A stretch of 64,000 nt of DNA from an uncultured Gemmataceae bacterium (GTDB lineage Bacteria > Planctomycetota > Planctomycetia > Gemmatales > Gemmataceae), in contig CAVVPN010000004.1 of assembly GCA_963750165.1 (NCBI GenBank), positions 320,001 to 384,000 on the forward strand. Direction: 5' to 3'. The first letter of the stretch is position 1; the number at the start of each line of letters is the position of its first letter. The position numbers and the translations under genes were made by a program. Below the pieces are notes generated by a model. It made no database searches. It saw only the letters and a program-made list of their open reading frames with translations, and was not told the origin of the DNA. Positions 38,873 through 50,195 of the stretch are shown here, piece after piece.

Positions 38873-41482
38873 TCAGGGGCCGCCGGGCTTCCGCCAGGCC
38901 AACCGCGCCAGCGCCGCCAGCGTTTCCTCGGTCTCCCGCGCCCCCGGCGCCCCGGCGGCCAGCTCCTTCAGGACGGCCCGCGCTTCGGGTGAGCCGATCC
39001 GCTCCAGCACCAGCACGCCGCGCAACGTCCGCAGCGTCTCGCCGGCATTCGCTGCGTGTTTGCCCAGCAGGCGCTCGATGTGCCGCACAGCCTCGGGGGA
39101 TTTGGTGAGCGGCAGCGCCTGGCGCAGCGCCCGCTCGGCCTGCGGCGTGACCGCCAGCAACGCCTTGACGGCGGCGGCGCGCACCGCGGCCTGCTCGCTG
39201 CTCAGGTCGGCGATCCACTGCTGAATCTTGCCAGCCTCCACGACGGCGAGCGGTTTGAGGCGCGCACGCAGCAGCGGCACGGCCTGGGTCGGCGCCGCGG
39301 CCAGCGCTCCGGCGGCCTGGTACGCCCTGGCCGCGTCGTCGCCGATCAGTTCGGCCCAGCGTGCCTCCAGTTCCTCCTTGTCGAGCTTTGGCGCCGCCGG
39401 CCGGGCCAGGGCCTTGCGCACGTCCCAGACCAGGATGGTGCTATCGTCCAGCCCGGCGGCCAGAAACGCCGCGTCCGGCGACAGGGCCAGGCTCGTCACC
39501 TCCGACCGCAAGTCGCCGAAGCGGGCCAACTCCTTGCCGGTGCCCGTATCCCACAGCCGGACGCTGGGGGTCGCCTGTTTCGGGTTGCCGGACGAACGTT
39601 TCAGGCTGTCTCCCGTGGCCAGGAAGCGGCCGTCCGCCGACCAGGCCAGGGCGCTGACGGGCAGGTCGTGACCCTTCAGCAGCGGCAGCGATTGGCCTGA
39701 CAGGACTTCCACCGGCCGCACGTAACAGTCCCACGATCGCTTCGGACACAACGCCAGCACCCGGCCGTCGGGGGAAAGTTGCAGCGCGTCCAGGAACAAC
39801 TCGTTCTCCTTGCCGTGGGTCAGCCGCTCCTGTTCGGTCGTCACATCGTAGAGGAAGATTTCGTCCAGGCCGCACACCACTGCGGTACGGCCGTCGGCGG
39901 CCAGCGCGGAATGCTCCGGCTGGTTCGCCCGCCGCGCCAGTTTCCGCACCGTTTCCGCGCCAGTGGCCAGGTTCCAGTACCGCAGCAGGAACGGCCGGCG
40001 ATTGCGGTCCCCCTCCACGGTGAACAGCGTCTGGTCGTCCAGGGAGAACACGGGCTGGTGGAACGCCGTCTTGCCGAACCCGGCCGGCGCCTGGTCTTTT
40101 TCAGGCACTTCCAGCACCCGGGTTACCTTGCCGGCGGCCACATCCACCAGGTGAACGGTGCGCTTGACGACCGCGGCCAGTTGCTTGCCGTCATGGGAAA
40201 CGCTGAACGTGCCCGAACCTGCGCCGGTCGGCAGGGTTCGCGTCTGCTTCCAGGTCGCCGTTTCCCACACCCGGATCGGCTCGGTTTCGCTGCCGGAAAA
40301 CAGCGCCTTGCCGTCCGGCGAGAAGGCGAGGCCGGTGACCGGAGAGGTGTGGCCCTGAAACTCGGTGAACCGCTCCTTGCCGCTGGTCACATCCCAGAGG
40401 CGCACCGCGGGGACGGCGGTGCCGAGGGCCACCGTCTTGCCGTCCGGGGACAGTGCCAGGGCGACATCGCGCCGGAAACCACTGGTGTACGGGTAAACGC
40501 CGTCGATGGTGCGGACCACTTCAGCGCTGGCCACGTCCCACACGCGAATTTTGCCCTCGCGCGTGCCAACCACCAACGTCTTGCCATCCGGGGTGAATGC
40601 CAACCCGACGGGCTGCGACCGGAAGGTATCGCGGAGGTCGTCCACGAAGCGGTCGCGCTCCTTGCCTGTCGCCGGGTCGGTCAGGAGGATTTGATTGTAG
40701 GTGCCCCAGGCGACCGTCTTGCCGTCCGCGGTGAAGGCGATGGCTGTAACGGGCATCGTTTTCGTGTTATTGAGGCGGTGGAGCTTCTTCCCGGAAGCGA
40801 TGTCCCACAGTTCCAGGGCGTAGCTGCTTTCCCGGTTCGCCATGCGGACGCCCGCCGCCAGGAGGCTGCCGTCGGGGGAGAGGGCGAGGCTGGTGAACGA
40901 GCGCTTTTCCTTATCGGTCAAGGTGGAGAGCCTGGCGGTGCGCAGGTCCAGCACCTGCATCTTGCCGTCCTGCGCCGCCAGGGCGATGTGGTTGCCGTCC
41001 GCGGAAAAGCGAAAAATGCCGCGGCGGCCCATGCCGGGGGGCACGGGCAATTCCTTGCCGGTGGTGAGGTCCCAGAAGTAGGTGGCGAACCCTCCCCGGC
41101 CGCGGCCGGACTCCTGGGCGATGGCAATTCCCCCGTCCGGAGAAACCGCCCCCTGGTCGGCGTACATGATCCCGCCGCCCTTCACGATCGGACCCGCCAC
41201 CCGGCGCAGCTCCTTGCCGGTGGCCGCGTCCCAGACGATGACGCCGGCACTGGTGTAGCCCACCAGTTTCTTGCCGTCAGCGCTGAACGCCAGCAAGGCA
41301 GCGCCGCCCTCGTGACGGAAGCGCACTGTGCCCAGACGGGCCGCGACGCCAGGCGGGAACGGGTCGCCGTACTGATCCAGCCGTGGCTTGTTGCCCTGCT
41401 GGGCGGACAGTCGCGCGGGGTGGTTTGTCAGCAGCCACGCCACCAGCAGCGCGGCGGCCACGAGGCGTTTCGTCAGCGTCAT
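38873..41482 (-). CDS. Secreted WD40-repeat protein with HEAT-like C-terminus (paralogue 2)
   Basis: DQYGDPFPPGVAARLGTVRFRH, many WD units, LRGVLVLERIGSPEAR. Confidence 0.9.
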   Translation of the reverse strand: MTLTKRLVAAALLVAWLLTNHPARLSAQQGNKPRLDQYGDPFPPGVAARLGTVRFRHEGGAALLAFSADGKKLVGYTSAGVIVWDAATGKELRRVAGPIVKGGGIMYADQGAVSPDGGIAIAQESGRGRGGFATYFWDLTTGKELPVPPGMGRRGIFRFSADGNHIALAAQDGKMQVLDLRTARLSTLTDKEKRSFTSLALSPDGSLLAAGVRMANRESSYALELWDIASGKKLHRLNNTKTMPVTAIAFTADGKTVAWGTYNQILLTDPATGKERDRFVDDLRDTFRSQPVGLAFTPDGKTLVVGTREGKIRVWDVASAEVVRTIDGVYPYTSGFRRDVALALSPDGKTVALGTAVPAVRLWDVTSGKERFTEFQGHTSPVTGLAFSPDGKALFSGSETEPIRVWETATWKQTRTLPTGAGSGTFSVSHDGKQLAAVVKRTVHLVDVAAGKVTRVLEVPEKDQAPAGFGKTAFHQPVFSLDDQTLFTVEGDRNRRPFLLRYWNLATGAETVRKLARRANQPEHSALAADGRTAVVCGLDEIFLYDVTTEQERLTHGKENELFLDALQLSPDGRVLALCPKRSWDCYVRPVEVLSGQSLPLLKGHDLPVSALAWSADGRFLATGDSLKRSSGNPKQATPSVRLWDTGTGKELARFGDLRSEVTSLALSPDAAFLAAGLDDSTILVWDVRKALARPAAPKLDKEELEARWAELIGDDAARAYQAAGALAAAPTQAVPLLRARLKPLAVVEAGKIQQWIADLSSEQAAVRAAAVKALLAVTPQAERALRQALPLTKSPEAVRHIERLLGKHAANAGETLRTLRGVLVLERIGSPEARAVLKELAAGAPGARETEETLAALARLAWRKPGGP

Positions 41483-41486
41483 GATG

Positions 41487-44094
41487 CTATCCCTTTTTCG
41501 ATTGTCGTTTGGGGGGACCAGGCGCCCGCCAGGTCAACCGCGCCAGCGCCGCCAGCGCTTCCTCGGTCTCCTGCGCCCCGGCGCCCGGCGGCCAGCCCCT
41601 TCAGGACGGCCCGCGCCTCGGCCGAGCCGATCCGTTCCAGCACCAGCACGCCGCGCAACGTCCGCAGCGTCTCGCCGGCGTTCGCTGCGTGCTTGCCCAG
41701 CAGGCGCTCGATGTGCCGTGCCGCCGTGGCGGACTTGGTGAGCGGCAGCGCCTGGCGCAGTGCCCGCTCGGCCTGCGGCGTGACCGCCAGCAATGCCTTG
41801 ACCGCGGCGGCGCGCACCGCGGCTTGTTCACTGCTCAGGTCGGTGATCCACTGCTGAATCTTGCCGGCCTCCACGACGGCGAGCGGTTTGAGGCGCGCAC
41901 GCAGCAGCGGCACGGCCTGGGCCGACGCTGCGGCCAGCGCTCCGGCAGCCTGGTACGCTTTCGCCGCGTCGTCGCCGGCCAGTTCCGCCCAGCACGCCTC
42001 CAGTTCCTCCTTGTCGAGCTTTGGCGCCGCCGGCCGGGCCAGGGCCTTGCGCACGTCCCAGACCAGGATCGTGCCGTCGCTCAACCCGGCGGCCAGCGTC
42101 GCCGCGTCCGGTGACAGGGCCAAACTCTTCGCCTCTGATGGCAGGCTGTCGAACCTGGCCAGTTCCTTGCCGGTGCCCGTGTCCCACAAGCGCACGCTGG
42201 GCGTCGCCTGCTTCTGGTTGCCGTTTCTCGTCGTGTCGGTTGTGGCCAGGACGCGGCTGTCCGCTGACCAGGCCAGGGCGCTGATGGTCAGGTCGTGTCC
42301 CTTGAGCCGCAGCAGTTCCTGACCCGTCTGCACCTCCACCAGGCGCACGATACAGTCCCACGACCGCGACGGACAGACGGCCAGCAGCCGGCCGTCGGGG
42401 GAGAGCCCAACGGTGCTCGGATGGGAGTCCGCCTGGTCGTCGGAGAGCGGCCGGACCCACCCCGTCTCCGTGTCAACAATCACATAGCCTTCCCGTTCGC
42501 CCAGCGCCGCCAGCGTCCGGCCGTCGGCGGCGAACCGCGCCTTACTTCTCTGGCCAAGTCGCACATTGAGTCGCCGTTGCTGAAGTTCCTTGCCGGTCGC
42601 CGCGTCCCAGTGTTGCAGCAGCTGCGGCCAGCCGTTCTTGGCCACCGCCGCCGTGAACAGTCGCCGCCCGTCCAGCGCGAACACGGCCGCCGTCATCCCC
42701 AGTTCTCCGAGCACTGGCGGCTCCCTGTCGGCGGTGAGGTCCAGCAGAAACACCTGGTTCTCGGCCTCAGAGTAGTACTTATTCTTTGGGTCTCTGCGGA
42801 ACGCGGCCAACCGCTTGCCGTCCGGCGACAGGGTGAACGCGACGGCCTCGGCGCTGCCCGGCACCGACCGCAGCGGCTTCCAGGTCGCCGTGTCCCAGCG
42901 GCGTAGCGGCCCCAGGCCATCGCCGGAGAACAGCGTCTTGCCGTCCGGCGAAAAGGCCACGCCGGTGACCGGGGCGTCATGACCCCGGAACGCAGTGAAC
43001 AATTCCTTGCCGCTGGCCACGTCCCAGAGACGCACCGCTGGCCCCACGGTGCCGACGGCCACGGTCTTGCCGTCCGGGGACAGTGCCAGGGCGGCGTTGC
43101 GCGAGACACCCGTAGTGTTCGGGTAAAAGCCGTCAATCGTGCGGAAGACCTCCGCGCTGGCCACGTCCCACACCCGGACTTTGCCGTCCTGCGCGCCGAC
43201 CAGCAGCGTTTTGCCGTCGGGGGTGAAGGCCAGGCCGAGGGGATCGGCCGAGTAGTAACTCTGCCCGTTGTCCACGAAGCGGTCGCGTTCCTTACCCGTG
43301 ACCGGGTCGGTCAGAAGGATCAGATTGAGCGTGCCCCAGGCAACGGTCTTGCCGTCCGCGGTGAAGGTGATGGCCGTGACCGGCTTCTTTTTCGTGTTGC
43401 TGAGGCGATGGAGCTTCTTCCCGGAAGCGACGTCCCACAGTTCCAGGGCGTAGCTGCTTTCCCGGTTCGCCATGCGGACGCCCGCCGCCAGGATTTTGCC
43501 GTCGGGGGAGAGGGCGAGGCCGGTAAAATAGCGTTTTTCCGTATCGGTCAAGGTGGTGAATTTGGCGACGCCCGGGTCCAGTACCTGAATCTTGCCGTCC
43601 TGCGCCGCCAGGGCGATGTGGTTGCCGTCCGCGGAAAAGCGAAAAATGCCGCGGCGGTCCATGCCGGGGGGCACGGGCAACTCCTTGCCCGTGGTGAGGT
43701 CCCAGAAGTAGGTGCCGAAGTCCCCCCGGACAATGGCAATGCCTCCGTCGGGAGAAACCGCCCCTTGTTCCGGATACCTGAACCCGCCGCGCTTCACGTT
43801 CGGGCTCGCCAGCCGGCGCAGCTCCTTGCCGGTGGCCGCGTCCCAGACGATGACGCCGGCACTGGTGTAGCCCACCAGTTTCTTGCCGTCGGCACTGAAC
43901 GCCAGCAGGCCGGCGCCGCCCTCGTGGCGGAAGCGCACCGTGCCCAGGCGGGCCGCGACGCCGGCCGGCAACGGATCGCCGTACTGGTCCAGCCGCGGCT
44001 TGTCGCCCTGGTGGGCGGTCAGTCGCGCGGGCTGGTGCGTCAGCAGCCCCGCCAGCAGCAGCGCGGCGGCCACGAGGCGTTTCGTCAGCGACAT
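41487..44094 (-). CDS. Secreted WD40-repeat protein (paralogue 1); two G-run bases missing near 41580 relative to its paralogue
   Basis: Same architecture; restoring the paralogue's G-runs gives a stop at 41487. Confidence 0.9.
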
Positions 44095-44208
44095 GATGCC
44101 CCCCTCCCTCGGCCCTGCGGCGGTCTTGCGTCCGGGTGTGACGGTCTTTCGATTATCAGTCGCGGTGCTGGGCGAGTCCAGGAAGATTATCGTCTGGAGG
44201 CCCCCCGG

Positions 44209-46731
44209 TCACGACGGCTTCGGCTCCTCCGCCCCGTCCGGCGGCAGCAGCGCCTCCAGGTCCGCGAACAGGCTCGGCTCTCCCGGCGGCCGCTCGCGCT
44301 TGCGCTTGCGCGGCGGCGGCTCCTTCGTGTGAACGGGGTGCGTCTCCAGTTCCGTCAGCACCGCGCGTGCCCGCTCCAGCACCTCCGCCGGCACGCCCGC
44401 CAGCCGGGCGACGTGAATGCCGTAGCTCTTGTCGGCGCTGCCCGGCGCGATCTTGTGCAGGAAGACAATCTCGTCCTGCACCTCGCGCACCTGCACGTTG
44501 TAGTTGCGCAGGTTCGGCAGCGTGTCCGCCAGCTGGGCCAGTTCGTGGTAGTGCGTCGCGAACAGCGCCCGACAGCCGATCTGGTTGTGCAGGTACTCGG
44601 TGATGGCCCACGCCAGCGACACGCCGTCGTAGGTGCTGGTGCCGCGGCCGATCTCGTCGAGGATCACCAGGCTGCGCGCCGTCGCGTTGTTGAGGATGTT
44701 CGCCGCCTCGGTCATCTCCACCATGAACGTGCTCTGCCCGCGGCCCAGCTCGTCGCTGGCGCCGACGCGCGTGAAGATGCGATCCGCTATCCCCACCCGC
44801 GCTCGCTTCGCCGGCACAAAACTGCCCAGCTGCGCCAGCAGCGTCAGCAGTGCGGCCTGCTTGATAAAAACGCTTTTGCCGGCCATGTTGGGCCCGGTCA
44901 CCAGCCAGACCAGCCCCGCCTCCGGCCCGAGGTGCAGGTCGTTGGGCACGACGGTCCCCGGCGGCAGCGTCTGGTCGAGCACCGGATGCCGGCCCTCTTC
45001 CAGTTCCAGCACCGGCTCCGCGACCAGTTCCGGCCGGCAATAATTCCGCGACACCGCCAGCTCCGCCAGGCCGGCCAGCACGTCCAGCGTCGCCATCACC
45101 TCCGCCGCCGCCAGCAGTCGCCCCGTCTGCGCCGCCACCTGGTCGCGCAGCGCCACGAACAGATCGAATTCGCGCTGGTGGCTGCGTTCCTCCGAGGTCA
45201 GCACCTTTTCCTCGTACTCCTTCAACTCCGGCGTGATGTAGCGCTCGGCGTTCTTGAGCGTCTGTTTGCGCTGGTAGTCCGCCGGGATGCGCGTGACGTG
45301 CGTGTGCGTGATCTCGATGTAGTAGCCGAACACCTTGTTGAAGCCGACCTTCAGCGAGTTGATGCCGGTGCGCGTGATCTCCTGCGTCTGGTAACGCGCG
45401 ATCCAGTCCTTGCCGCCGCGCATGATCGTCCGCAGTTCGTCCAGCTCGGCGTTGTAGCCGTCGCGGATGATGCCGCCCTCCTTGGCGATCTGCGGCGGAT
45501 CGTCCACCAGCGCCCCGTCCAGCGCCTCCCGCAGGTCCGGACACAGCTCCAGCCGGGCGTCGAGCTGATTCAGCAGCGCCGACCTGCGGGCCGTCAACTT
45601 GGCCTTGAGGCGTGGCAACAGCCGCAGCGTGCGGGCGATGGCGGCCAGGTCACGCGGCGTGGCCCGGCCGGTGCTCACTCGCGCCGTCAGCCGTTGCAGG
45701 TCCAGCGCGTCCGCCAGGGTCGCGCGCACGTCCTGGCGCAGGCCCGTGTCGCCCTTGAGTTCCGCAACCGCATCCAGCCGCGCTTCGATGCGGCCGCGAT
45801 CGGTCAGCGGCGCCACCAGCCACTCTTGCAGCAGCCGCGCCCCCATCGGCGTCACGCTGCGGTCCAGCAGCGACAGCAGCGAACCCTGCCGTTCGCCCTC
45901 GCGCAGCGTCCGTGTCAGTTCCAGGCTGCGGCGCGTCACCTCGTCCAGCAGCAAATGCTGATCGGCGCGGTAGGGCCGCAGCCGCGTGATGTGGACCAGG
46001 CTCGCCTTCAGCGTCTCTTCCAGGTACAGCAGCACCGCCCCCGCGGCGCAGATGCACGCCTGGAAGTCGTCGAAGCCGAAGCCGGCCAGCGTCGAGACGT
46101 TGAAGTGACGGAACAGGATGGCGCGGGCGGAGTCGTTGTCGAAGGTCCAGTCCGGCCGCGGCGTCTGCACCGCGGCGGCCGCGGCGCTGTGCAGCGGCTC
46201 CGCCAAACGGCCGGCGTCACGCTCGGCGACCAGGCACTCCGCCGGAGCCAGCCGGCCCAGCTCGTCCGCCAGGCGCGACCACGGCACGTCAGCGGCGAAG
46301 AAGGCACCGGTCGTCAGCTCGACCCAGGCCAGGCCACAGACGGGGCCGCGCGGCACCAGACTGACGAGATGGTTCGCCTTGCGCGGGTCGAGCAGGTCGT
46401 CCTCGGTGACGGTGCCGGGCGTGACCACGCGCGTCACCTCGCGGCGCACCAGCCCCTTCGCCAGCGCCGGGTCCTCGACCTGATCGCAGACGGCGACGCG
46501 GTGGCCGGCGCGGAGCAGCTTGCGCAGGTGCGGCTCCAGGGCGTGGTGCGGGAAGCCGGCCATGGGAATGGTCTTGTCGCGGCTGGTGAGCGTCAGGCCG
46601 AGCACGCGCGACGCCACCTCGGCGTCGTCGGCGAACAGCTCGAAAAAGTCGCCCATGCGGAACAGCAGCAGCATCCCGGGGTGGGCCGCCCTGGCCTCCT
46701 GGTACTGCTGCATCATCGGCGTCAGGGTCAT
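44209..46731 (-). CDS. mutS: DNA mismatch repair protein MutS
   Basis: TPMMQQY, FRMGDFFELF, TGPNMAGKS, STFMVEM, DEIGRGTST, FATHYHEL, SYGIHVA. Confidence 0.98.
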   Translation of the reverse strand: MTLTPMMQQYQEARAAHPGMLLLFRMGDFFELFADDAEVASRVLGLTLTSRDKTIPMAGFPHHALEPHLRKLLRAGHRVAVCDQVEDPALAKGLVRREVTRVVTPGTVTEDDLLDPRKANHLVSLVPRGPVCGLAWVELTTGAFFAADVPWSRLADELGRLAPAECLVAERDAGRLAEPLHSAAAAAVQTPRPDWTFDNDSARAILFRHFNVSTLAGFGFDDFQACICAAGAVLLYLEETLKASLVHITRLRPYRADQHLLLDEVTRRSLELTRTLREGERQGSLLSLLDRSVTPMGARLLQEWLVAPLTDRGRIEARLDAVAELKGDTGLRQDVRATLADALDLQRLTARVSTGRATPRDLAAIARTLRLLPRLKAKLTARRSALLNQLDARLELCPDLREALDGALVDDPPQIAKEGGIIRDGYNAELDELRTIMRGGKDWIARYQTQEITRTGINSLKVGFNKVFGYYIEITHTHVTRIPADYQRKQTLKNAERYITPELKEYEEKVLTSEERSHQREFDLFVALRDQVAAQTGRLLAAAEVMATLDVLAGLAELAVSRNYCRPELVAEPVLELEEGRHPVLDQTLPPGTVVPNDLHLGPEAGLVWLVTGPNMAGKSVFIKQAALLTLLAQLGSFVPAKRARVGIADRIFTRVGASDELGRGQSTFMVEMTEAANILNNATARSLVILDEIGRGTSTYDGVSLAWAITEYLHNQIGCRALFATHYHELAQLADTLPNLRNYNVQVREVQDEIVFLHKIAPGSADKSYGIHVARLAGVPAEVLERARAVLTELETHPVHTKEPPPRKRKRERPPGEPSLFADLEALLPPDGAEEPKPS

Positions 46732-46769
46732 GGGATTGTTGGGGTGAAGTGGCAATCCTGGTGGAAAGA

Positions 46770-46838
46770 GGCGAGCGGCGCGGCGTCAGCCCGCCGGTAA
46801 CTGTGCAGCCCCGGCGGGCTGACGCCGCGCCGCTCGCC
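46770..46838. repeat. REP family A inverted pair
   Basis: Same arms as 10311-10378. Confidence 0.85.
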
Positions 46839-46881
46839 AGACGCCTCCTTCCGCCACCGCTTCCAAGACAGCGACCGGCGG

Positions 46882-47331
46882 TTACTTGGCGCCGTTGGCG
46901 CAATGGCGGACCTTGCACATGAACAGGCGGTTGCCGGGCGGGTCGAACACCACCTCGGTCATGTAGTGCTTCATCAGCAGCAAACCACGGCCGCAGGGGC
47001 GCTCGAGGTTCTCGTCGGCAAAGGGGTCGGGCACGTCGGTGGGGTCGAAGCCGGGGCCTTCGTCGATAATGCGGATGTCGAAGCGCTCGGCACAAACGCG
47101 GTAGCTGATGTGGACGTTCTTGTTGCGGTCGAGCTGGTTGCCGTGCTTGATGGCGTTGACCAGCGCTTCTTCCAGGGCGAGACGGATGCTAAAGATTTCA
47201 CGCTCCTCGAAGCAATGACGTTTCAGGTCCGCCTCGATGTCGTCCTGTAGCCGGCGGGCCTCGGCGGGGTCGCTCGGGATCACCACCGACCGAGCCCCAT
47301 CCTGGGTCGCAGTCTGGGTTGGTTTTCTCAT
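46882..47331 (-). CDS. Anti-sigma factor / RsbW-like HATPase
   Basis: LALEEALVNAIKHGN, DEGPGFD, GRGLLLM. Confidence 0.9.
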   Translation of the reverse strand: MRKPTQTATQDGARSVVIPSDPAEARRLQDDIEADLKRHCFEEREIFSIRLALEEALVNAIKHGNQLDRNKNVHISYRVCAERFDIRIIDEGPGFDPTDVPDPFADENLERPCGRGLLLMKHYMTEVVFDPPGNRLFMCKVRHCANGAK

Positions 47332-47431
47332 GACACCGTTCTCGTCCCCAAGGAGTATCTTCACGAGACCACACCTCCTGCAGAGCGCCAAGCCGCAAGC
47401 GGCAGAGCGCACGCCGCCAACGGCAGCGGGC

Positions 47432-47794
47432 CTAGATCTCCTGCATCGCTGTCTGCTCGTCCTTCTTGATGTTGAACAGCTTGTTGAGCTTGGTGATCTC
47501 GAACACCTCGTAAATCTGCGGGTCGATGTTGCACAGCACCAGCCGGCCGCCGGCGGCGTTCACCTTCTTGTTCAGGGTGATGAACTTGCCCAGCGCCGCG
47601 CTGGAGAGGTATTCGACATTGCCGAAGTTCAACAGCAGTTTGCGCCGGCCCAGTTCATCGACCAGCCGGAAGAGTTGTTCGCCGATCAGCTGAATATTCT
47701 GCTCGTCAAGGATTTTTTTGTCGGTGAAGTTGACGACCGTGACGTCGCCAATGTCCTCGACTTCCAGCCGCTGCCGACGTGGTTGCGACGACAT
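47432..47794 (-). CDS. STAS-domain anti-sigma factor antagonist
   Basis: LLLNFGNVEYLSSAALG, EVFEITKL. Confidence 0.92.
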   Translation of the reverse strand: MSSQPRRQRLEVEDIGDVTVVNFTDKKILDEQNIQLIGEQLFRLVDELGRRKLLLNFGNVEYLSSAALGKFITLNKKVNAAGGRLVLCNIDPQIYEVFEITKLNKLFNIKKDEQTAMQEI

Positions 47795-47889
47795 AGTCCG
47801 AACTCCTTCATTACTGCACTGGTCGGCCGCGGTGCGTTCCTCCCGCGGCCGAAGGATGATCCGGATAGGGATTCTGGATCAGAATATGA

Positions 47890-47917
47890 ATGTTAGCGCG
47901 AACGATCCAGATGTCAA
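47890..47917 (-). promoter_or_regulatory. Putative sigma70 promoter for the STAS and anti-sigma genes
   Basis: TTGACA-N16-TAACAT on the minus strand. Confidence 0.55.
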
Positions 47918-48041
47918 GCTTTTTCCGAAGCAATCATTCTCGATCCTGGCGCCGCGGGGCGGCACGGGCAGCAACCCCGCTGTCTCTCTCCGGATTGTAT
48001 CACCTTTCCTGATTCTGGGTATCCCCCCGGTGGGCGCCGGC

Positions 48042-50113
48042 TCACTTGCCGTCCTTCGCCGGCAGCGTCTGGATGAAGTGCCACAGGGCGTCGAACTGAC
48101 GGCGCGCATCGCCGTCGAGCACGTCGCGCAGCGGCGTCGTTTTGCCGTCGATTGCCAGCTTCGGCATGCGCGTGATGGTATCGACGTGCGGCGGGTCCAG
48201 CATCCAGCGCGGGTAGTAGCTGTAGCGCAGTCGATCCGCTGCGTCGCGCAGGTTGATGCCGTGCGCCTCGAACGGCGCCACCGCCGGCTGCTTGCCGACC
48301 GCGTGACACTGCACGCAATTCAACCCACCCTGCTGCACGATCAGCTTCGCTCCGATCTCCGCCAGCTTCGCGTCGCGCTTCGGCCGCGGGTCCTCGGAGA
48401 CGCCGAAGCCGTGCTCCTGCGACAGGCCCGCGGCCAGCAGGTCGGCGCGAACCGGAAAGGCGGGCATCCGCGTCTTGAACCACGGCCGCGCCCGGTGATC
48501 GTGCTGACCGTGCAGCAGCTTGACCGTCCAGTCCGGCTTGAGTTTTTCGCCTGTCCACGTCAACAGCGGCAGCACCTCCGCCTGGGCGCCGCCGCCCTCG
48601 TCCTCGAAGACCACCTGCAGGCGGCTGTAGTTGCCGTCGCGACGGTGGCAGGCGGTGCATTGCAGGTACTTCATCTGCCGCAGTGAGAACTCCGCGGCCG
48701 TCTCGCGCTTCAGCGACCTGCCGTCGCTCTCCAGGAATTTGCGCAGCCCCCGCACCTGCGCGGCGTCCAGCGCGAACTCCGGGGCGCGACCGCGGCCGGC
48801 GGCGTCGCTGGCCAGGCAACCTTTCATCAGGCCGGCGCCGCCTGGCGACGCGAGGTGCGCTTCCGGCGTCGCTCCGCCCGGCTTGGTGGTGTGACACTGC
48901 ACGCAATCCGCCGTCTGAAACAATTTGGCCCCACGCTCGGCGCTGGCGGTTTTGACCGTGGCCGACGCGGGGACGGTGCCCTTCGCCTCCTCGCGCAGGA
49001 ACGCGGCAATGGCGCCGGCCTCGGCGTCCTTCAACTTGAAGTCGGGCATGCGCGTCCAGGGGTTGTGGGCGTGCGGTGCCTTCAGGAACGCCGCCAGAGC
49101 CCCTGGTTGATACTTCGCGTTGACGAGGTACAGCGACAGGCGTTTGTGCGCGTCCTTCTGCTGCGGACCCTGCACGTGATGGCAGGCGATGCAGCCGACC
49201 TCCGTGAACAGCTTTTCGCCCTGCTTGACGACCTCCGCGCCGCTCTTCGGTGCCGCATATTTCTCGTCCTCGATCAGCGTCGCCAGATACGCTGCCAGGT
49301 CCGCGGCCTGTTGCGGCGTCTGGTCGCCGTGCAGCACACGCGGCATCAGCGCCTCGGGCCGCAGCGCCCGCGGATGCTCGATCCAGCGCGCAGCCAGTCC
49401 GCTTTCAGGCGCCGGCCGGCGTTGGCGAGGTTCGGGCCGCCCTGCTTCAACTCCGGCATGGCGCTCTCGCCGACCGTCACCTTGCCGGGCAGCGCGTGGC
49501 AGTGAGCACAGCCGCGCGTGGCGTACAGGAAGCGGCCCTCGCGCAGGTCGGTGCCGGCGACCAGGTCCGCCTCGTCGTTGCGCGAGAACAGCAGGTCCGG
49601 CGGCAGCGGCTCCCAGGTGAAGCCCTCGCCGGCCCAGAAGACACGCAGCGTCGCGTCGCCCTGGGGCGGCCCCTGGTAGGCGACCTCGACCAGGTTGTAG
49701 CCCTTGAGCAGATCGACCGTGGCGTCCTTCTGCGCGGCCACGCCGTCCTTCGTCCGCAGGACTTCCTTGCCATTGAGGCGCAGCACGGCGGCACCGTTGC
49801 CGAACATCTGGAACGCATAGGTGCCCTTGAGCGGCAGCTTCAGATAGGCGCTGAATTTCGCCTGGACCGGGCCGGGCGCGAGCAGCAGGCTCGGCGGCGA
49901 GCCGGCGGCCACGTGCAGCGCCACCAGGCGCACGCGCCGCGTGTCGAGCAGCTTGTCATCGGGGCCGAAAAAGCGCAGCGTCACACCGCGGTCCAGTTTG
50001 GCCTGCTGTGCTTTGGTGAGCTTGCCGGGCTTGAACGGCGGTTCGCCGCCTCCGGAGAACCAGGCCACGCCGGTCACGGCCAGCAGGGCGAACAGGAGCA
50101 ACGAACGCACCAT
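48042..50113 (-). CDS. Secreted PA14-like domain + pentaheme cytochrome c; apparent frameshift near 49390
   Basis: CAHCH, CIACH, CVQCH, CTACH, CVQCH, several with downstream MP ligands; N-terminal beta-rich domain. Confidence 0.85.
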
Positions 50114-50132
50114 CTCCTCTCCTCTGGCTACG

Positions 50133-50170
50133 AAAAGGCGGGTGCCGCCAACCTGGCGACACCCGCCTTT
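50133..50170 (-). terminator. Intrinsic terminator-like hairpin after the hydrolase gene
   Basis: AAAGGCGGGTGTCGCCA-GGT-TGGCGGCACCCGCCTTTT on the minus strand. Confidence 0.6.
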
Positions 50171-50195
50171 GGATTGCGGGAGCCTTGATTCCAGT

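Noticed and set aside
42979..46800. 1273-aa plus-strand ORF and other long antisense ORFs (e.g. 4875-7136, 29508-31256, 39779-41857, 56653-59007)
   Set aside because: Shadow frames of real genes in high-GC DNA, with no recognisable motifs.
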